From: Candidatus Blochmanniella floridana
GTDB taxonomy: Bacteria > Pseudomonadota > Gammaproteobacteria > Enterobacterales > Enterobacteriaceae
DNA: 32,000 bases
Assembly: GCA_000043285.1 (NCBI GenBank)
Contig: BX248583.1
Span: 180,001 to 212,000, forward strand
Reading direction: 5' to 3'
Shown piece by piece: positions 1-11,209 of this stretch. The notes under the pieces were generated by a model. The model worked only from the letters and a program-made list of their open reading frames with translations, ran no database searches and was not told the DNA's origin. Every line of letters begins with the position of its first letter. The first letter of the stretch is position 1. The position numbers were made by a program, and so were the translations under genes.

Positions 1-2111
1 ATGTAGTATTTTTCATTTACAGTAGTAATATAGTAATATATGTTTTCTGGATTTTTGCCATACATACGTATTAAACCATCATATATAATAATGGTAATTT
101 CATATGCATATGCTGGGTCATAAGAAATACAATTAGGAATGGTCAAAGATTGAATATGACTGTGTCCATCAGCATGTTGTAGGCCTTCTCCATTTAAAGT
201 AGTACGACCAGAAGTTGCACCTATTAAAAAACCTCGGGCTTGCTGATCAGCTGCTGCCCATAAAAAATCTCCAGTTCTTTGAAATCCAAACATTGAGTAA
301 AAAATATAAAAAGGTATCATAGGAAAATTATTGGTACTATATGAAGTGCCAGCTGCTAACCATGATGCGCTTGCTCCTAATTCATTAATCCCTTCTTCTA
401 AAATTTGGCCTTGTTTATCTTCACGATAATATGAAAATAAATTGTGATCTTGTGGGGTATATTGTTGACCAGAAGGATTATAAATACCAATTTTTCGAAA
501 TAAATCTTCCATTCCAAAGGTTCGAGCTTCATCCGCAATTATAGGAACTAAGTGATTTTTGATGGGTTGATATTGTAATAAAATATTTAATATTCGAACA
601 AATGCAAGAGTTGTGGAAATATGTTTATTTTGTTTTTTTAACATTGATTGAAAGTATTCTAAGTTCGGTAGATTTAATGAATGGGTGGAATTTGTTAATC
701 GATTAGGTAAGTATCCGAATAATAATTGACGTCTTTTATGTAAATATAAATATTCTTCAGAATTTTCTTTGAAAGTTAAATATGGTAATGATTCAATTTG
801 ATCGTCTGTAATAATTGTATTTAAGTTAAATTTATTTCTGAGGTATTGTATTCTTTTTTTATCTATTTTTTTTATTTGATGAGCTGTATTTACTCCTTCA
901 ATTTCGGATCCCATTCCATAACCTTTAACAGTATGAGCTAATATTGCTACTGGTTTTTTTTTAGAATTATTTTTAGCTTTATTTAATGCAGCAAATATTT
1001 TTATAGGGTCGTGTCCACCTCTATTTAATTCCCAAATTTCGGTATCAGTCATGTTCTTAACTAAATCTTTAGTTTCTGCGTATTTACCAAAAAAATGTTT
1101 ACGTATATAAGCTCCATCTTTGGATTTAAATGTTTGATAATCGCCATCAACAGTTTCATTCATTAATTGAATTAGCTTTCCTGTTGTATCTTGGTTGAAT
1201 AAAGAATCCCATTTACTGCCCCAAATTACTTTAATAACTTCCCAACCTGATCCTACAAAAATTTTTTCTAAATCGTTAATTATTTTGCCATTTCCTACTA
1301 CTGGACCATCTAATCGTTGTAAGTTACAATTGACTATAAAAATTAAATTATCTAATTTTTCTCGAGAAGCAATATTAAGTGCTCCTTTGGATTCAGGTTC
1401 ATCCATTTCTCCATCTCCTAGAAAAGCATATACTGTTTGCAAAGTAGTATTTTTTAATTTTCTATTGTTTAAATATTTTAAAAATTTTGCTTGGTAAATT
1501 GAGCTGATTGCAGTTAATCCCATAGATACTGTGGGAAATTGCCAAAATTCTGGCATTAATTTTGGGTGAGGATATGAAGGTAGGCCCTTGTTTTTTAATT
1601 CTTGCCTAAAATTATTAATTTGTTCTTCATGTAATCGTCCTTCCAGAAAAGCTCGTGCGTATATTCCTGGAGAAATATGTCCTTGAAAATATATTAAATC
1701 TCCTTCATCAATTTTATTACGAGCTCTAAAAAAGTGATTAAAACATACCTCATATAATGTTGCGGAAGATTGAAAAGAAGAAATATGTCCACCTAATTCT
1801 AAATTTTTTTTTGAAGCTCGTAATACCATCATAATAGCATTCCAACAGATAGCATGATATATACGTTGTTCTATTGCTAAGTTTCCAGGATATGTGGGTT
1901 CATCTTGCACCGAAATTGTATTTATATAATCATTATTTAATAAATTTTCAGGAGAAATATTGAATCCATCAGTTTGAACTTTTTTTATAATTTGTTTGAT
2001 TAAAAAATAAGCTCTTTCAATCCCTTCTTTTTGAATTACTGAAGAAATGGATTCTATCCAATCTTGTGTTTCTATAAAATCCACATCTTTATATGAATAA
2101 GATAAAATCAT
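1..2111 (-). CDS. aceE: pyruvate dehydrogenase E1 component, N-terminal ~703 codons (3' end lies beyond base 1)
   Basis: Not in the ORF track because it has no stop inside the window. The reverse-strand reading from ATG (complement of 2109-2111) is open down to base 1. It reads MILSYSYKDVDFIETQDWIESISSVIQKEGIERAYFL ... YFQGHISPGIYARAFLEGRL ... PKLMPEFWQFPTVSMGL ... YAFLGDGEMDEPES ... NCNLQRLDGPV ... IADEARTFGME ... GRTTLNGEGLQHADGHSHIQSLTIPNCISYDPAYAYE ... NIYYYITTVNEKYY, collinear with E. coli AceE. An AAGGA Shine-Dalgarno (complement of 2118-2122) lies 6 nt upstream of the ATG. Confidence 0.95.
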   Translation of the reverse strand, partial: MILSYSYKDVDFIETQDWIESISSVIQKEGIERAYFLIKQIIKKVQTDGFNISPENLLNNDYINTISVQDEPTYPGNLAIEQRIYHAICWNAIMMVLRASKKNLELGGHISSFQSSATLYEVCFNHFFRARNKIDEGDLIYFQGHISPGIYARAFLEGRLHEEQINNFRQELKNKGLPSYPHPKLMPEFWQFPTVSMGLTAISSIYQAKFLKYLNNRKLKNTTLQTVYAFLGDGEMDEPESKGALNIASREKLDNLIFIVNCNLQRLDGPVVGNGKIINDLEKIFVGSGWEVIKVIWGSKWDSLFNQDTTGKLIQLMNETVDGDYQTFKSKDGAYIRKHFFGKYAETKDLVKNMTDTEIWELNRGGHDPIKIFAALNKAKNNSKKKPVAILAHTVKGYGMGSEIEGVNTAHQIKKIDKKRIQYLRNKFNLNTIITDDQIESLPYLTFKENSEEYLYLHKRRQLLFGYLPNRLTNSTHSLNLPNLEYFQSMLKKQNKHISTTLAFVRILNILLQYQPIKNHLVPIIADEARTFGMEDLFRKIGIYNPSGQQYTPQDHNLFSYYREDKQGQILEEGINELGASASWLAAGTSYSTNNFPMIPFYIFYSMFGFQRTGDFLWAAADQQARGFLIGATSGRTTLNGEGLQHADGHSHIQSLTIPNCISYDPAYAYEITIIIYDGLIRMYGKNPENIYYYITTVNEKYY

Positions 2112-2164
2112 CGATAGTCCTTAAAATTTTATATAAAATAAATTCGTTATAGTTTGTATATAAA

Positions 2165-2193
2165 TATACAATGAATTGCAAATTCATTGTATA
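2165..2193. repeat. perfect 13-bp inverted repeat with 3-nt spacer (TATACAATGAATT gca AATTCATTGTATA) in the divergent aceE/mrcB spacer
   Basis: Read directly and every one of the 13 pairs checked. It lies 54-82 nt upstream of the aceE start codon. Function is unknown; the confidence refers to the repeat existing. Confidence 0.9.
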
Positions 2194-2580
2194 GAAAATT
2201 TTATTCAAATACGTATTATTGATTATCAAATGAACTTGACATTATATTGATATTATTGATTTTATTATATAATAATATATGGAATTTATTCTATAATATT
2301 ATATGTTTCATGAGATTTTATTAAATGAATTATGTAATATAATAATCGAATCAAACGGATTTTGATTTATTATATATGTATATATTATTGAAAATTAATT
2401 ATTTTGGGTAATTGGTATTCTTGTGTTTAAAATAATTTAAATATGTTTATTTTATGTAATATATTGCAATACAAAAATAATTTGTATTTTAAATCAGCAA
2501 TTACTAATGAATTTATTATGTAGATATATATGTTAATAAGAGAAATAATTTTTTAGTAAAAAATATGATAAAGTTATTTA

Positions 2581-4923
2581 ATGATAATTAATCATGTGTT
2601 GTATATTATGCGTTATAGTATTTATGTATTTATATTTATTGTATTATTGATAGGTGTATATGGGGTTATTTTAGATACAAAAATTCAAAATCGTATTAAT
2701 GGGCAAGTATGGGGATTACCAACTATTGTATATAGTCGTATTGTTCATGTAGAGCCAAATATGTACTGTAGTCAAGAAGATATGATTCGTTTGTTAAAAA
2801 CGTTGCAATATCGTGAAGTATCTAAGATTACGCGATCAGGTGAGTTTATTGTATATGATAATAATATTGATTTATTGCGAAGATCTTTTGATTTTCCTAA
2901 TATAGAAGAAAAAGAAATTTTTGTTTCTTTATATTTTAATAAAGATAAATTGATACGTATTTATAATCAAAATACAAAAAATGATTTTGGGTTGCTTCGA
3001 ATTGATCCAAAAATCATATCTGTTCAATATGCTCCTCAAGGTCAACAGAGATTATTTATTCCTAGATCTAAATTTCCAGATATATTGATAGATATGTTGT
3101 TATCGGTGGAAGATAGATATTTTTATCAACATGATGGTATTCGAATATCTGCTATTATACGTGCTTGTTTAGCAAATATTGTATCTGGACATACTGTTCA
3201 AGGAGGTAGTACTATTACACAACAATTAGTAAAAAATTTGTTTTTAAGTAATACTCGATCGTTGTGGCGTAAATTTAATGAAATATATATGGCATTACTA
3301 TTTGAATATCGATATAGTAAAGATCGTATTCTTGAGTTATATCTGAATGAAATATATTTTGGTCAAAATGGAAATGATCAAATTCGTGGTTTTCCTTTAG
3401 CTAGTTTTTATTATTTTGGTAGACCAGTGGATGAATTAAGTTTGGATCAACAAGCTATGCTTATTGGTATGATAAAAGGAGCATCTTTGTATAATCCTTG
3501 GAAAAATCCAAAGAAAACTTTAGATCGTCGTAATTTGGTATTAAAATTATTAAACAATGTACATGTAATTGATTCGAAATTGTATGATGTACTTATATCT
3601 CGTCCATTAGCAGTGCAGTCAAAAGATGAAGTATTAGCGTTACATCCTGCTTTTATGCAAATGGTATGTGAAGAAATAAATAATATTAGTAATATGTATA
3701 GTTTTCATGATTTATCTGGTTTAAGAATATTTACTACATTAGATCCTATTGCTCAACAATTAGCGGAAAAAGCGATGAAAATAGGTATACGTAGATTACG
3801 ACAACGTTTTGATGCGGTTGATTTAGAGGGGGCGGTAGTGATTATAGATAGGTTTAGTGGGGTAGTTCGTGCTATGGTAGGGGGAGCTGATCCACATTTT
3901 TCTGGATTTAATCGAGCTTTATATGCACGTCGTCCTATTGGATCATTAATTAAACCAGCTATTTATCTTACTGCATTAAATCAACCAAATAAATATCATC
4001 TTAATACATGGATTGCTGATACTCCTATTCATTTACAACAGTCAAATGGGTTTGTATGGTCGCCTAGAAATTATGATCGTCAATTTCGAGGTAAAGTAAT
4101 GTTAATAGATGCTTTTGTAAAATCACTTAATATTCCAACAGTGCATTTAGGATTAGTATTAGGTTTGGATACTGTTGTAGATTTTTTGATAAAGTTGGGT
4201 ATTTCTTCGAATGCTATTTCTTCTTTCCCATCTATTTTATTGGGGGCAATTAGTTTAACACCTATGGAAGTTGCTCAGGAATTTCAAACTATTGCTAGTG
4301 GAGGCCAACATTCTACGATGTCATGTATAGATTATATTGTAAATACAAAAAATGTGATTTTATATCAATATTTTCCTAAAGTTAAACGTGTGGTTTCTCC
4401 TCAATCAGCGTATTTAGTAATGTATGCTATGCAACAAGTTGTGACAAAAGGAACATCTTATAATTTGTCTTTAAAATTTTCTTCTTTGAAGTTAGCTGCT
4501 AAAACTGGTACAACTAATGATTCTCGTGACAGTTGGTTTGTTGGTATTGATGGAAAAGAAGTAGTTGTAATTTGGGTTGGTAGAGATAATAATGGTAAAA
4601 CTAAGTTAACTGGTACTAACGGAGCATTAAAATTATATAGTCTTTATTTAGATATGCAAAGTAATCCTATTCCATTAAAGTTAACATTGCCAAGTAATAT
4701 TGTTCATATTCCTATAGATTATGCTGGAAATATTCTTCCATATAAGGTTGGTAAAAATTCTTATGAATATATTTTACCAATATGGAGAAATAATTTTTCT
4801 TTGTTACCGTATTTTGATAATAAATCAGAGGTGGTTTCATATAATCAAGATGTGTTAGATTTTTCAGAAAAACAGGATTGTCATAATATGGAGGAATGGA
4901 TAAATAGTATTCTTGATGAGTAA
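2581..4923 (+). CDS. mrcB: bifunctional penicillin-binding protein 1B (peptidoglycan glycosyltransferase/transpeptidase)
   Basis: Aligns along its whole length with E. coli PBP1b. It has the TM helix plus LDTKIQNRINGQVWGLP, the glycosyltransferase motifs EDRYFYQHDG, GGSTITQQLVKN and RKFNEIYMAL, and the transpeptidase motifs SxxK (GSLIKP), SxN (SLN) and KTGTT. The start is ATG 2581 or in-frame ATG 2608. Confidence 0.93.
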   Translation: MIINHVLYIMRYSIYVFIFIVLLIGVYGVILDTKIQNRINGQVWGLPTIVYSRIVHVEPNMYCSQEDMIRLLKTLQYREVSKITRSGEFIVYDNNIDLLRRSFDFPNIEEKEIFVSLYFNKDKLIRIYNQNTKNDFGLLRIDPKIISVQYAPQGQQRLFIPRSKFPDILIDMLLSVEDRYFYQHDGIRISAIIRACLANIVSGHTVQGGSTITQQLVKNLFLSNTRSLWRKFNEIYMALLFEYRYSKDRILELYLNEIYFGQNGNDQIRGFPLASFYYFGRPVDELSLDQQAMLIGMIKGASLYNPWKNPKKTLDRRNLVLKLLNNVHVIDSKLYDVLISRPLAVQSKDEVLALHPAFMQMVCEEINNISNMYSFHDLSGLRIFTTLDPIAQQLAEKAMKIGIRRLRQRFDAVDLEGAVVIIDRFSGVVRAMVGGADPHFSGFNRALYARRPIGSLIKPAIYLTALNQPNKYHLNTWIADTPIHLQQSNGFVWSPRNYDRQFRGKVMLIDAFVKSLNIPTVHLGLVLGLDTVVDFLIKLGISSNAISSFPSILLGAISLTPMEVAQEFQTIASGGQHSTMSCIDYIVNTKNVILYQYFPKVKRVVSPQSAYLVMYAMQQVVTKGTSYNLSLKFSSLKLAAKTGTTNDSRDSWFVGIDGKEVVVIWVGRDNNGKTKLTGTNGALKLYSLYLDMQSNPIPLKLTLPSNIVHIPIDYAGNILPYKVGKNSYEYILPIWRNNFSLLPYFDNKSEVVSYNQDVLDFSEKQDCHNMEEWINSILDE

Positions 4924-5029
4924 TTGTGTGTACTATTCGTACTTATGGTTTATTATAGGTTGTATTTTAAAAGATAATTTATTAGAATTTGATATAAATT
5001 TTATATATGTTATTTAATTATTGTATAAA

Positions 5030-5055
5030 AATTATGTAATTTTAATTACATAATT
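5030..5055. repeat. perfect 12-bp inverted repeat with 2-nt spacer (AATTATGTAATT tt AATTACATAATT) between mrcB and erpA
   Basis: Read directly; positions i and j pair for i+j=10085 from 5030/5055 to 5041/5044. It lies 107 nt after the mrcB stop and 65-90 nt before the erpA ATG at 5120. No T-tract follows it, so it is not an obvious intrinsic terminator. Confidence 0.9.
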
Positions 5056-5119
5056 CGTCATTATAGTATGAATAATATGTATTTGTATATAAATACTTAT
5101 ATTAATAGAGTTGATGGTT

Positions 5120-5479
5120 ATGAGTAATGATAAAAAAAATGCTTTTCCTATAAAATTAACTCATTCTGCTGCTGATCAAGTGAAAAAGCTCATAAGCAGT
5201 CAAGATTATGCTGAAAAATTGGATTTAAAATTGCGTGTGTATATATTAGGAGGAGGATGTGGAGGGTTTCAATATAAATTTATTTTAGATGATCAGGTTT
5301 CGAATGATGATTGTGTTATTGAAAGTAATGGAGCTATTGTAGTGGTAGACCCTATGAGCTTACAGTATTTATTTGGAGGAATAATTGATTATTATGAAGG
5401 TTTAGAAGGATCTAAATTTTTGGTAGTTAATCCTAATGCTAAAGGGGTATGTAGTTGTGGATCATCATTTAATATTTAA
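5120..5479 (+). CDS. erpA: A-type iron-sulfur cluster insertion protein ErpA
   Basis: [24 protein letters not shown] ... [17 protein letters not shown] ... VDPMSLQYL ... [16 protein letters not shown] matches E. coli ErpA, and the three Cys ligands are present. ATG 5120 matches the E. coli N-terminus. In-frame alternatives are TTG 5111 and ATG 5114. Confidence 0.9.
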   Translation: MSNDKKNAFPIKLTHSAADQVKKLISSQDYAEKLDLKLRVYILGGGCGGFQYKFILDDQVSNDDCVIESNGAIVVVDPMSLQYLFGGIIDYYEGLEGSKFLVVNPNAKGVCSCGSSFNI

Positions 5480-5880
5480 ATCTTAAGATATTATTAAGTC
5501 TTGATGATATATAGTATATAATAATTGATGGATTGCAATAATATTTGAATTTTGATTGATGTGTATATGATTTTATAATGCTTTAGAGATTTTTCATATT
5601 ATATATTTGACTAGATTTTAATATTGTATTGTTGTAAATGTTTATTATTTGATTAATTTTATTGATTAATAGTAATGAGAAAAGATCAGTGTTGTTTATT
5701 AAGCAAGATTAGTATTCATGAGTTAATTTTGATTTATAATCAGATTTTATAGATTTTTTTATGATATTGTTGTTGATGCTGTGTTTGTATAAAATATATG
5801 ATATATAATGATTTTTTATAAATTTTGTTGAATTATATATTGTTAATGTTGTAATGGTTTTATTATTATAAATTTATTGA

Positions 5881-7563
<1,683 letters not shown>

Positions 7564-7651
7564 TTCGTCATTTTGAATAAAAATTATTTTTATAATATTG
7601 TATGTATAGATCAATGATTTAAATAAGTTAATTAATAAGGAAGTATATAAT

Positions 7652-8995
7652 ATGCCAGAGATAGTAAATATTATTAGTCGTGAAATTGTTGATTCTAGAG
7701 GTAATCCTACGGTGGAATCAGAAGTACATACTAAAAGTGGTTTTTTTGGTTTAGCATCTGTTCCGTCAGGATCTTCTTTGGGTTCTCAAGAAGCATTGGA
7801 ATTACGAGATAATGATCATGCTCGTTTTTTTGGAAAAGGAGTAAAAAAATCAGTCAATATTATTAATAGTACTATTCGTGTATCATTGTTAAATATAGAT
7901 GTAACGAAACAAAGTGTTATTGATGAAATTATGATTAATTTAGACGGTACTAATAATAAATCTCAACTTGGAGCTAATTCTATTTTGAGTGTATCTTTAG
8001 CGATAGCTAAAGCTGCTGCTAGTTTTATGGGTATGCCGTTGTATCAATATATAGCTAGATTATATGGAATGTCGAGTAATGTGTATTCTATGCCGGTTCC
8101 TATGATGAACATTATGAATGGAGGAAAACATGCTGATAATAATTTAGATATTCAGGAATTTATGATTGTACCTGTTGGGGCTAAAAATATTAAACAAGCT
8201 ATACAAATGGGATCAGAAATTTCATATAGTTTAAAAAATGTTTTAAATAATTTAGGGATATCTATTGCATTAGGTGATGAAGGGGGATATGCTCCAAATT
8301 TAAAATCTCATTCTTATGCATTAGAATTAATTAATAAGTCTATAGAGCAATCTAATTATGTGTTAGGTAAAGATGTGGTTTTGGCTATAGATTGTGCTGC
8401 ATCTGAATTATTTGAAGTATCTACTGGAAAGTACGTTATAAATAGTGAAAAAGTTAGTTTTACTTCTGAAGAATTTGTTGATTATTTATCATCTTTAGCA
8501 CGTAAATATTGTATTTTTTCTATTGAAGATGGTCAGAGTGAGCATGATTGGCATGGGTTTTCTTATCTTACTAAGAAACTTGGAGATATTATGCAATTAG
8601 TGGGTGATGATTTATTTGTTACTAATCCAAATTTATTAAAAATGGGTATTAATAAGAATGTAGCAAATTCTATTTTAGTTAAACCTAATCAAATAGGTTC
8701 GTTAACTGAGACTTTAAATGTGATTAAATTGGCAAAAGAATCTGGATATTCGACCATTGTTTCACATAGATCTGGAGAAACTGAAGATACAAGTATTGCT
8801 GATATAGCTGTTGGTACATCTGCTGGGCAGATAAAAACTGGTCCAGTACGTTGTTCTGAACGTACATCTAAGTATAATAGATTAATACGTATTGAAGAAT
8901 TTTTGAAAGATAATAGTAAGTTTTATGGAGTGAACGAGATAAAGAATCTCTCAGCTCAGTTGTGGATGTATCAAAATAAGAATATGAATATATAG
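7652..8995 (+). CDS. eno: enolase
   Basis: [51 protein letters not shown] and SHRSGETED are all present. An AAGGAAG Shine-Dalgarno lies at 7637-7643. The protein has roughly 15 extra C-terminal residues relative to E. coli. Confidence 0.95.
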   Translation: MPEIVNIISREIVDSRGNPTVESEVHTKSGFFGLASVPSGSSLGSQEALELRDNDHARFFGKGVKKSVNIINSTIRVSLLNIDVTKQSVIDEIMINLDGTNNKSQLGANSILSVSLAIAKAAASFMGMPLYQYIARLYGMSSNVYSMPVPMMNIMNGGKHADNNLDIQEFMIVPVGAKNIKQAIQMGSEISYSLKNVLNNLGISIALGDEGGYAPNLKSHSYALELINKSIEQSNYVLGKDVVLAIDCAASELFEVSTGKYVINSEKVSFTSEEFVDYLSSLARKYCIFSIEDGQSEHDWHGFSYLTKKLGDIMQLVGDDLFVTNPNLLKMGINKNVANSILVKPNQIGSLTETLNVIKLAKESGYSTIVSHRSGETEDTSIADIAVGTSAGQIKTGPVRCSERTSKYNRLIRIEEFLKDNSKFYGVNEIKNLSAQLWMYQNKNMNI

Positions 8996-9385
8996 TATAG
9001 TAAAATAAAAGTATTATTAAAAATAATTATGTTCATTGATTGATTTATTTTTGAAAAATAAATGGAATGTAATGTATAAATTATATGTCAAATGGTAATA
9101 ATATTCAGAATAGGTTAATTGGTCTTTTCTGAAAAATTGTATTGTTGTTAATAATAGTACATTGTGTAAGTATAAGATATGATGATATACTGAATTAATA
9201 TGTAGTATGTATATTGGTTTGTTGAAAATTAACTTGTATGAGATAATAAGTAAATTTGTTTAGAATTATTGTGATATGTTTATGTTTTGGTAGTTTTGCT
9301 TAATTATATTTAATCTTTCAATATAAAAATAGATATAGGTTTTATATCAAATAAAATTGCAGTAATAGATAGTAAATTGAGTATA

Positions 9386-11209
9386 ATGGGTTTATTAAGT
9401 TCTGAACAATTAAATCAATTAAAATTAGTATTAGATACTTTATCTAAAAATCAATTAATTTGGTTGTCTGGATATTTGTTGGGTTTAGTTAATTCTCAGA
9501 CATCTACAGATATCGGGGTGACTGCATCTGGTGTTAGTGCAGGATTAGAATTAAAACCGGATCTAATCGATAATACAATTATTGTGATATCTGCATCTCA
9601 AACTGGAAATGCTAGGAATATAGCAAAACAGTTGTATAGTGATCTAGTAGAAGCAGGTTTAAGAGCTGTTTTATTTAGTGCTGGAGAGTATAAATTTAAA
9701 AAAATTTCTGAAATAAGTTTGTTAATTTTTATTACATCTACTCATGGAGAAGGTGAACCTCCAGAAGAAGCATTAGCATTATATAAGTATTTATTTTCTG
9801 AAAAAGCTTTGAGAATGGAAAAGACTAGTTTTATTGTGCTTAGTTTAGGTGATAGGTCTTATGAATATTTTGCAAAAGCCGGTAAGGATTTTGACAAAAG
9901 ATTTGAGGATCTTGGTGCAAATCGGTTATATGATCGAGTAGATTTAGATGTGGATTTTCAAAGTGAAGTTGATAAATGGAAAGAAAAAGTCGTTTCTTTA
10001 TGTAAATCGAAGATAGTTTCTATTGTTTCAAAAGATAAATGTATCAATATTCAAAATAATATTGTTTTTAAGAAAAAGAATCCTGTAACTAGTTATTGTA
10101 AGGAATTTCCATTAATAGCATATTTATTAAATAGACAAAAAATAACTAGTTGTAATTCTTTAAAAGATGTACATCATTTAGAGTTTGATATTTCTGGTTC
10201 CGGTTTGTGTTATCAACCAGGAGATGCATTAGGAATATGGTATGAAAATGATTATAATCTTGTATATGAGTTATTAGAGTTATTAAATTTAACGGGTCGA
10301 GAATCCGTGCAAATCAAAAATCAATCGATGTGTCTTGATGAAGCGTTGGTTAAGTATTGTGATTTAACCCAAAATACTCCTGTTGTTGTAAAAAGTATAG
10401 CTACCATTTCACAAGATAAGATTTTATTAAATTTATTGCAAAATCAAAATCAATTAAATAGTTTTTGTTCAACGACACCAATAGTTGAAATGTTTTACCA
10501 AATATCTATGACTAAGCAGTTATCTTCTCAAGAGTTAATTCAGATTTTAAGACCAATGAGACCTAGGTTTTATTCTATTGCTTCTGCACAATCAGAGGTA
10601 GGAGAAGAAATACATATTACTGTTAGTGTTGTACGTTACACTATTAATGGGCGAATTAGATCTGGTGGTGCTAGTAGTTATTTAGTTGATCGTGTGCAAG
10701 ATCATGACGAAATACGTATTTTTGTAGAATCTAATGATAATTTTAGATTACCAAAAGATCCTAATGTTTCTATAATTATGATTGGAGCAGGAACTGGTAT
10801 TGCTCCATTTAGATCTTTTATGCAACAACGAGCATTAGATAAAGCATTAGGGAAAAATTGGCTTTTTTTTGGAAATTTAAAATTTACCGATGATTTTCTG
10901 TATCAAATTGAATGGAAAACTTATTTTAAATCAGGGATATTAAATAAAATTGATACGGCTTGGTCTAGAGATCAAGATTATAAAGTTTATGTTCAGGATA
11001 AATTATTGAGTAATGGTTTGGAATTGTGGGATTGGATTCAAAAAGGAGCATATATTTATGTATGTGGTGATGCAAAATATATGGCTCGAGATGTGGAACA
11101 AGCGTTAGTTACTGTAGTATCTATACATGGAAATATGAATATGGATCAATCAAATGATTTTTGGAATGAGATGCGAGTCCAACATCGTTATCAGAGGGAT
11201 ATATATTAA
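9386..11209 (+). CDS. cysJ: sulfite reductase (NADPH) flavoprotein alpha subunit
   Basis: The flavodoxin motif [61 protein letters not shown] and the C-terminal HRYQRDIY match E. coli CysJ. ATG 9386 is preferred over the track's TTG 9377. Confidence 0.92.
   Translation: MGLLSSEQLNQLKLVLDTLSKNQLIWLSGYLLGLVNSQTSTDIGVTASGVSAGLELKPDLIDNTIIVISASQTGNARNIAKQLYSDLVEAGLRAVLFSAGEYKFKKISEISLLIFITSTHGEGEPPEEALALYKYLFSEKALRMEKTSFIVLSLGDRSYEYFAKAGKDFDKRFEDLGANRLYDRVDLDVDFQSEVDKWKEKVVSLCKSKIVSIVSKDKCINIQNNIVFKKKNPVTSYCKEFPLIAYLLNRQKITSCNSLKDVHHLEFDISGSGLCYQPGDALGIWYENDYNLVYELLELLNLTGRESVQIKNQSMCLDEALVKYCDLTQNTPVVVKSIATISQDKILLNLLQNQNQLNSFCSTTPIVEMFYQISMTKQLSSQELIQILRPMRPRFYSIASAQSEVGEEIHITVSVVRYTINGRIRSGGASSYLVDRVQDHDEIRIFVESNDNFRLPKDPNVSIIMIGAGTGIAPFRSFMQQRALDKALGKNWLFFGNLKFTDDFLYQIEWKTYFKSGILNKIDTAWSRDQDYKVYVQDKLLSNGLELWDWIQKGAYIYVCGDAKYMARDVEQALVTVVSIHGNMNMDQSNDFWNEMRVQHRYQRDIY

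Noticed and set aside
1195-1497. 100-aa ORF on the + strand from the ORF track
   Set aside because: It lies entirely antisense inside the well-conserved aceE coding region. The protein is low-complexity with no recognisable similarity, so it is a shadow ORF.
2236-2264. Consensus -35 hexamer TTGACA (2236-2241) as an mrcB promoter
   Set aside because: The hexamer 17 nt downstream is ATTTTA, which is a poor -10. In DNA this AT-rich, -10-like strings are everywhere, so I make no promoter calls from sequence alone.
5051-5062. 12-mer TAATTCGTCATT occurs both here and at 7561-7572, overlapping the pyrG stop
   Set aside because: In 32 kb of this base composition, hundreds of identical 12-mer pairs are expected by chance on a rough estimate. 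There is no extended similarity around either copy.
5761-5808. Hydrophobic 15-codon micro-ORF MILLLMLCLYKIYDI upstream of pyrG as a leader peptide or small protein
   Set aside because: It has no Shine-Dalgarno and no attenuator-like structure after it. pyrG is not known to be leader-peptide controlled in enterobacteria, so this is indistinguishable from chance.
9043-9063. ATTTATTTTT g AAAAATAAAT hairpin after eno as an intrinsic terminator
   Set aside because: The stem is all A:T with a 1-nt centre, so it is thermodynamically negligible. Similar A/T palindromes are frequent here, for example ATTTTATATAAAAT at about 2127-2140.
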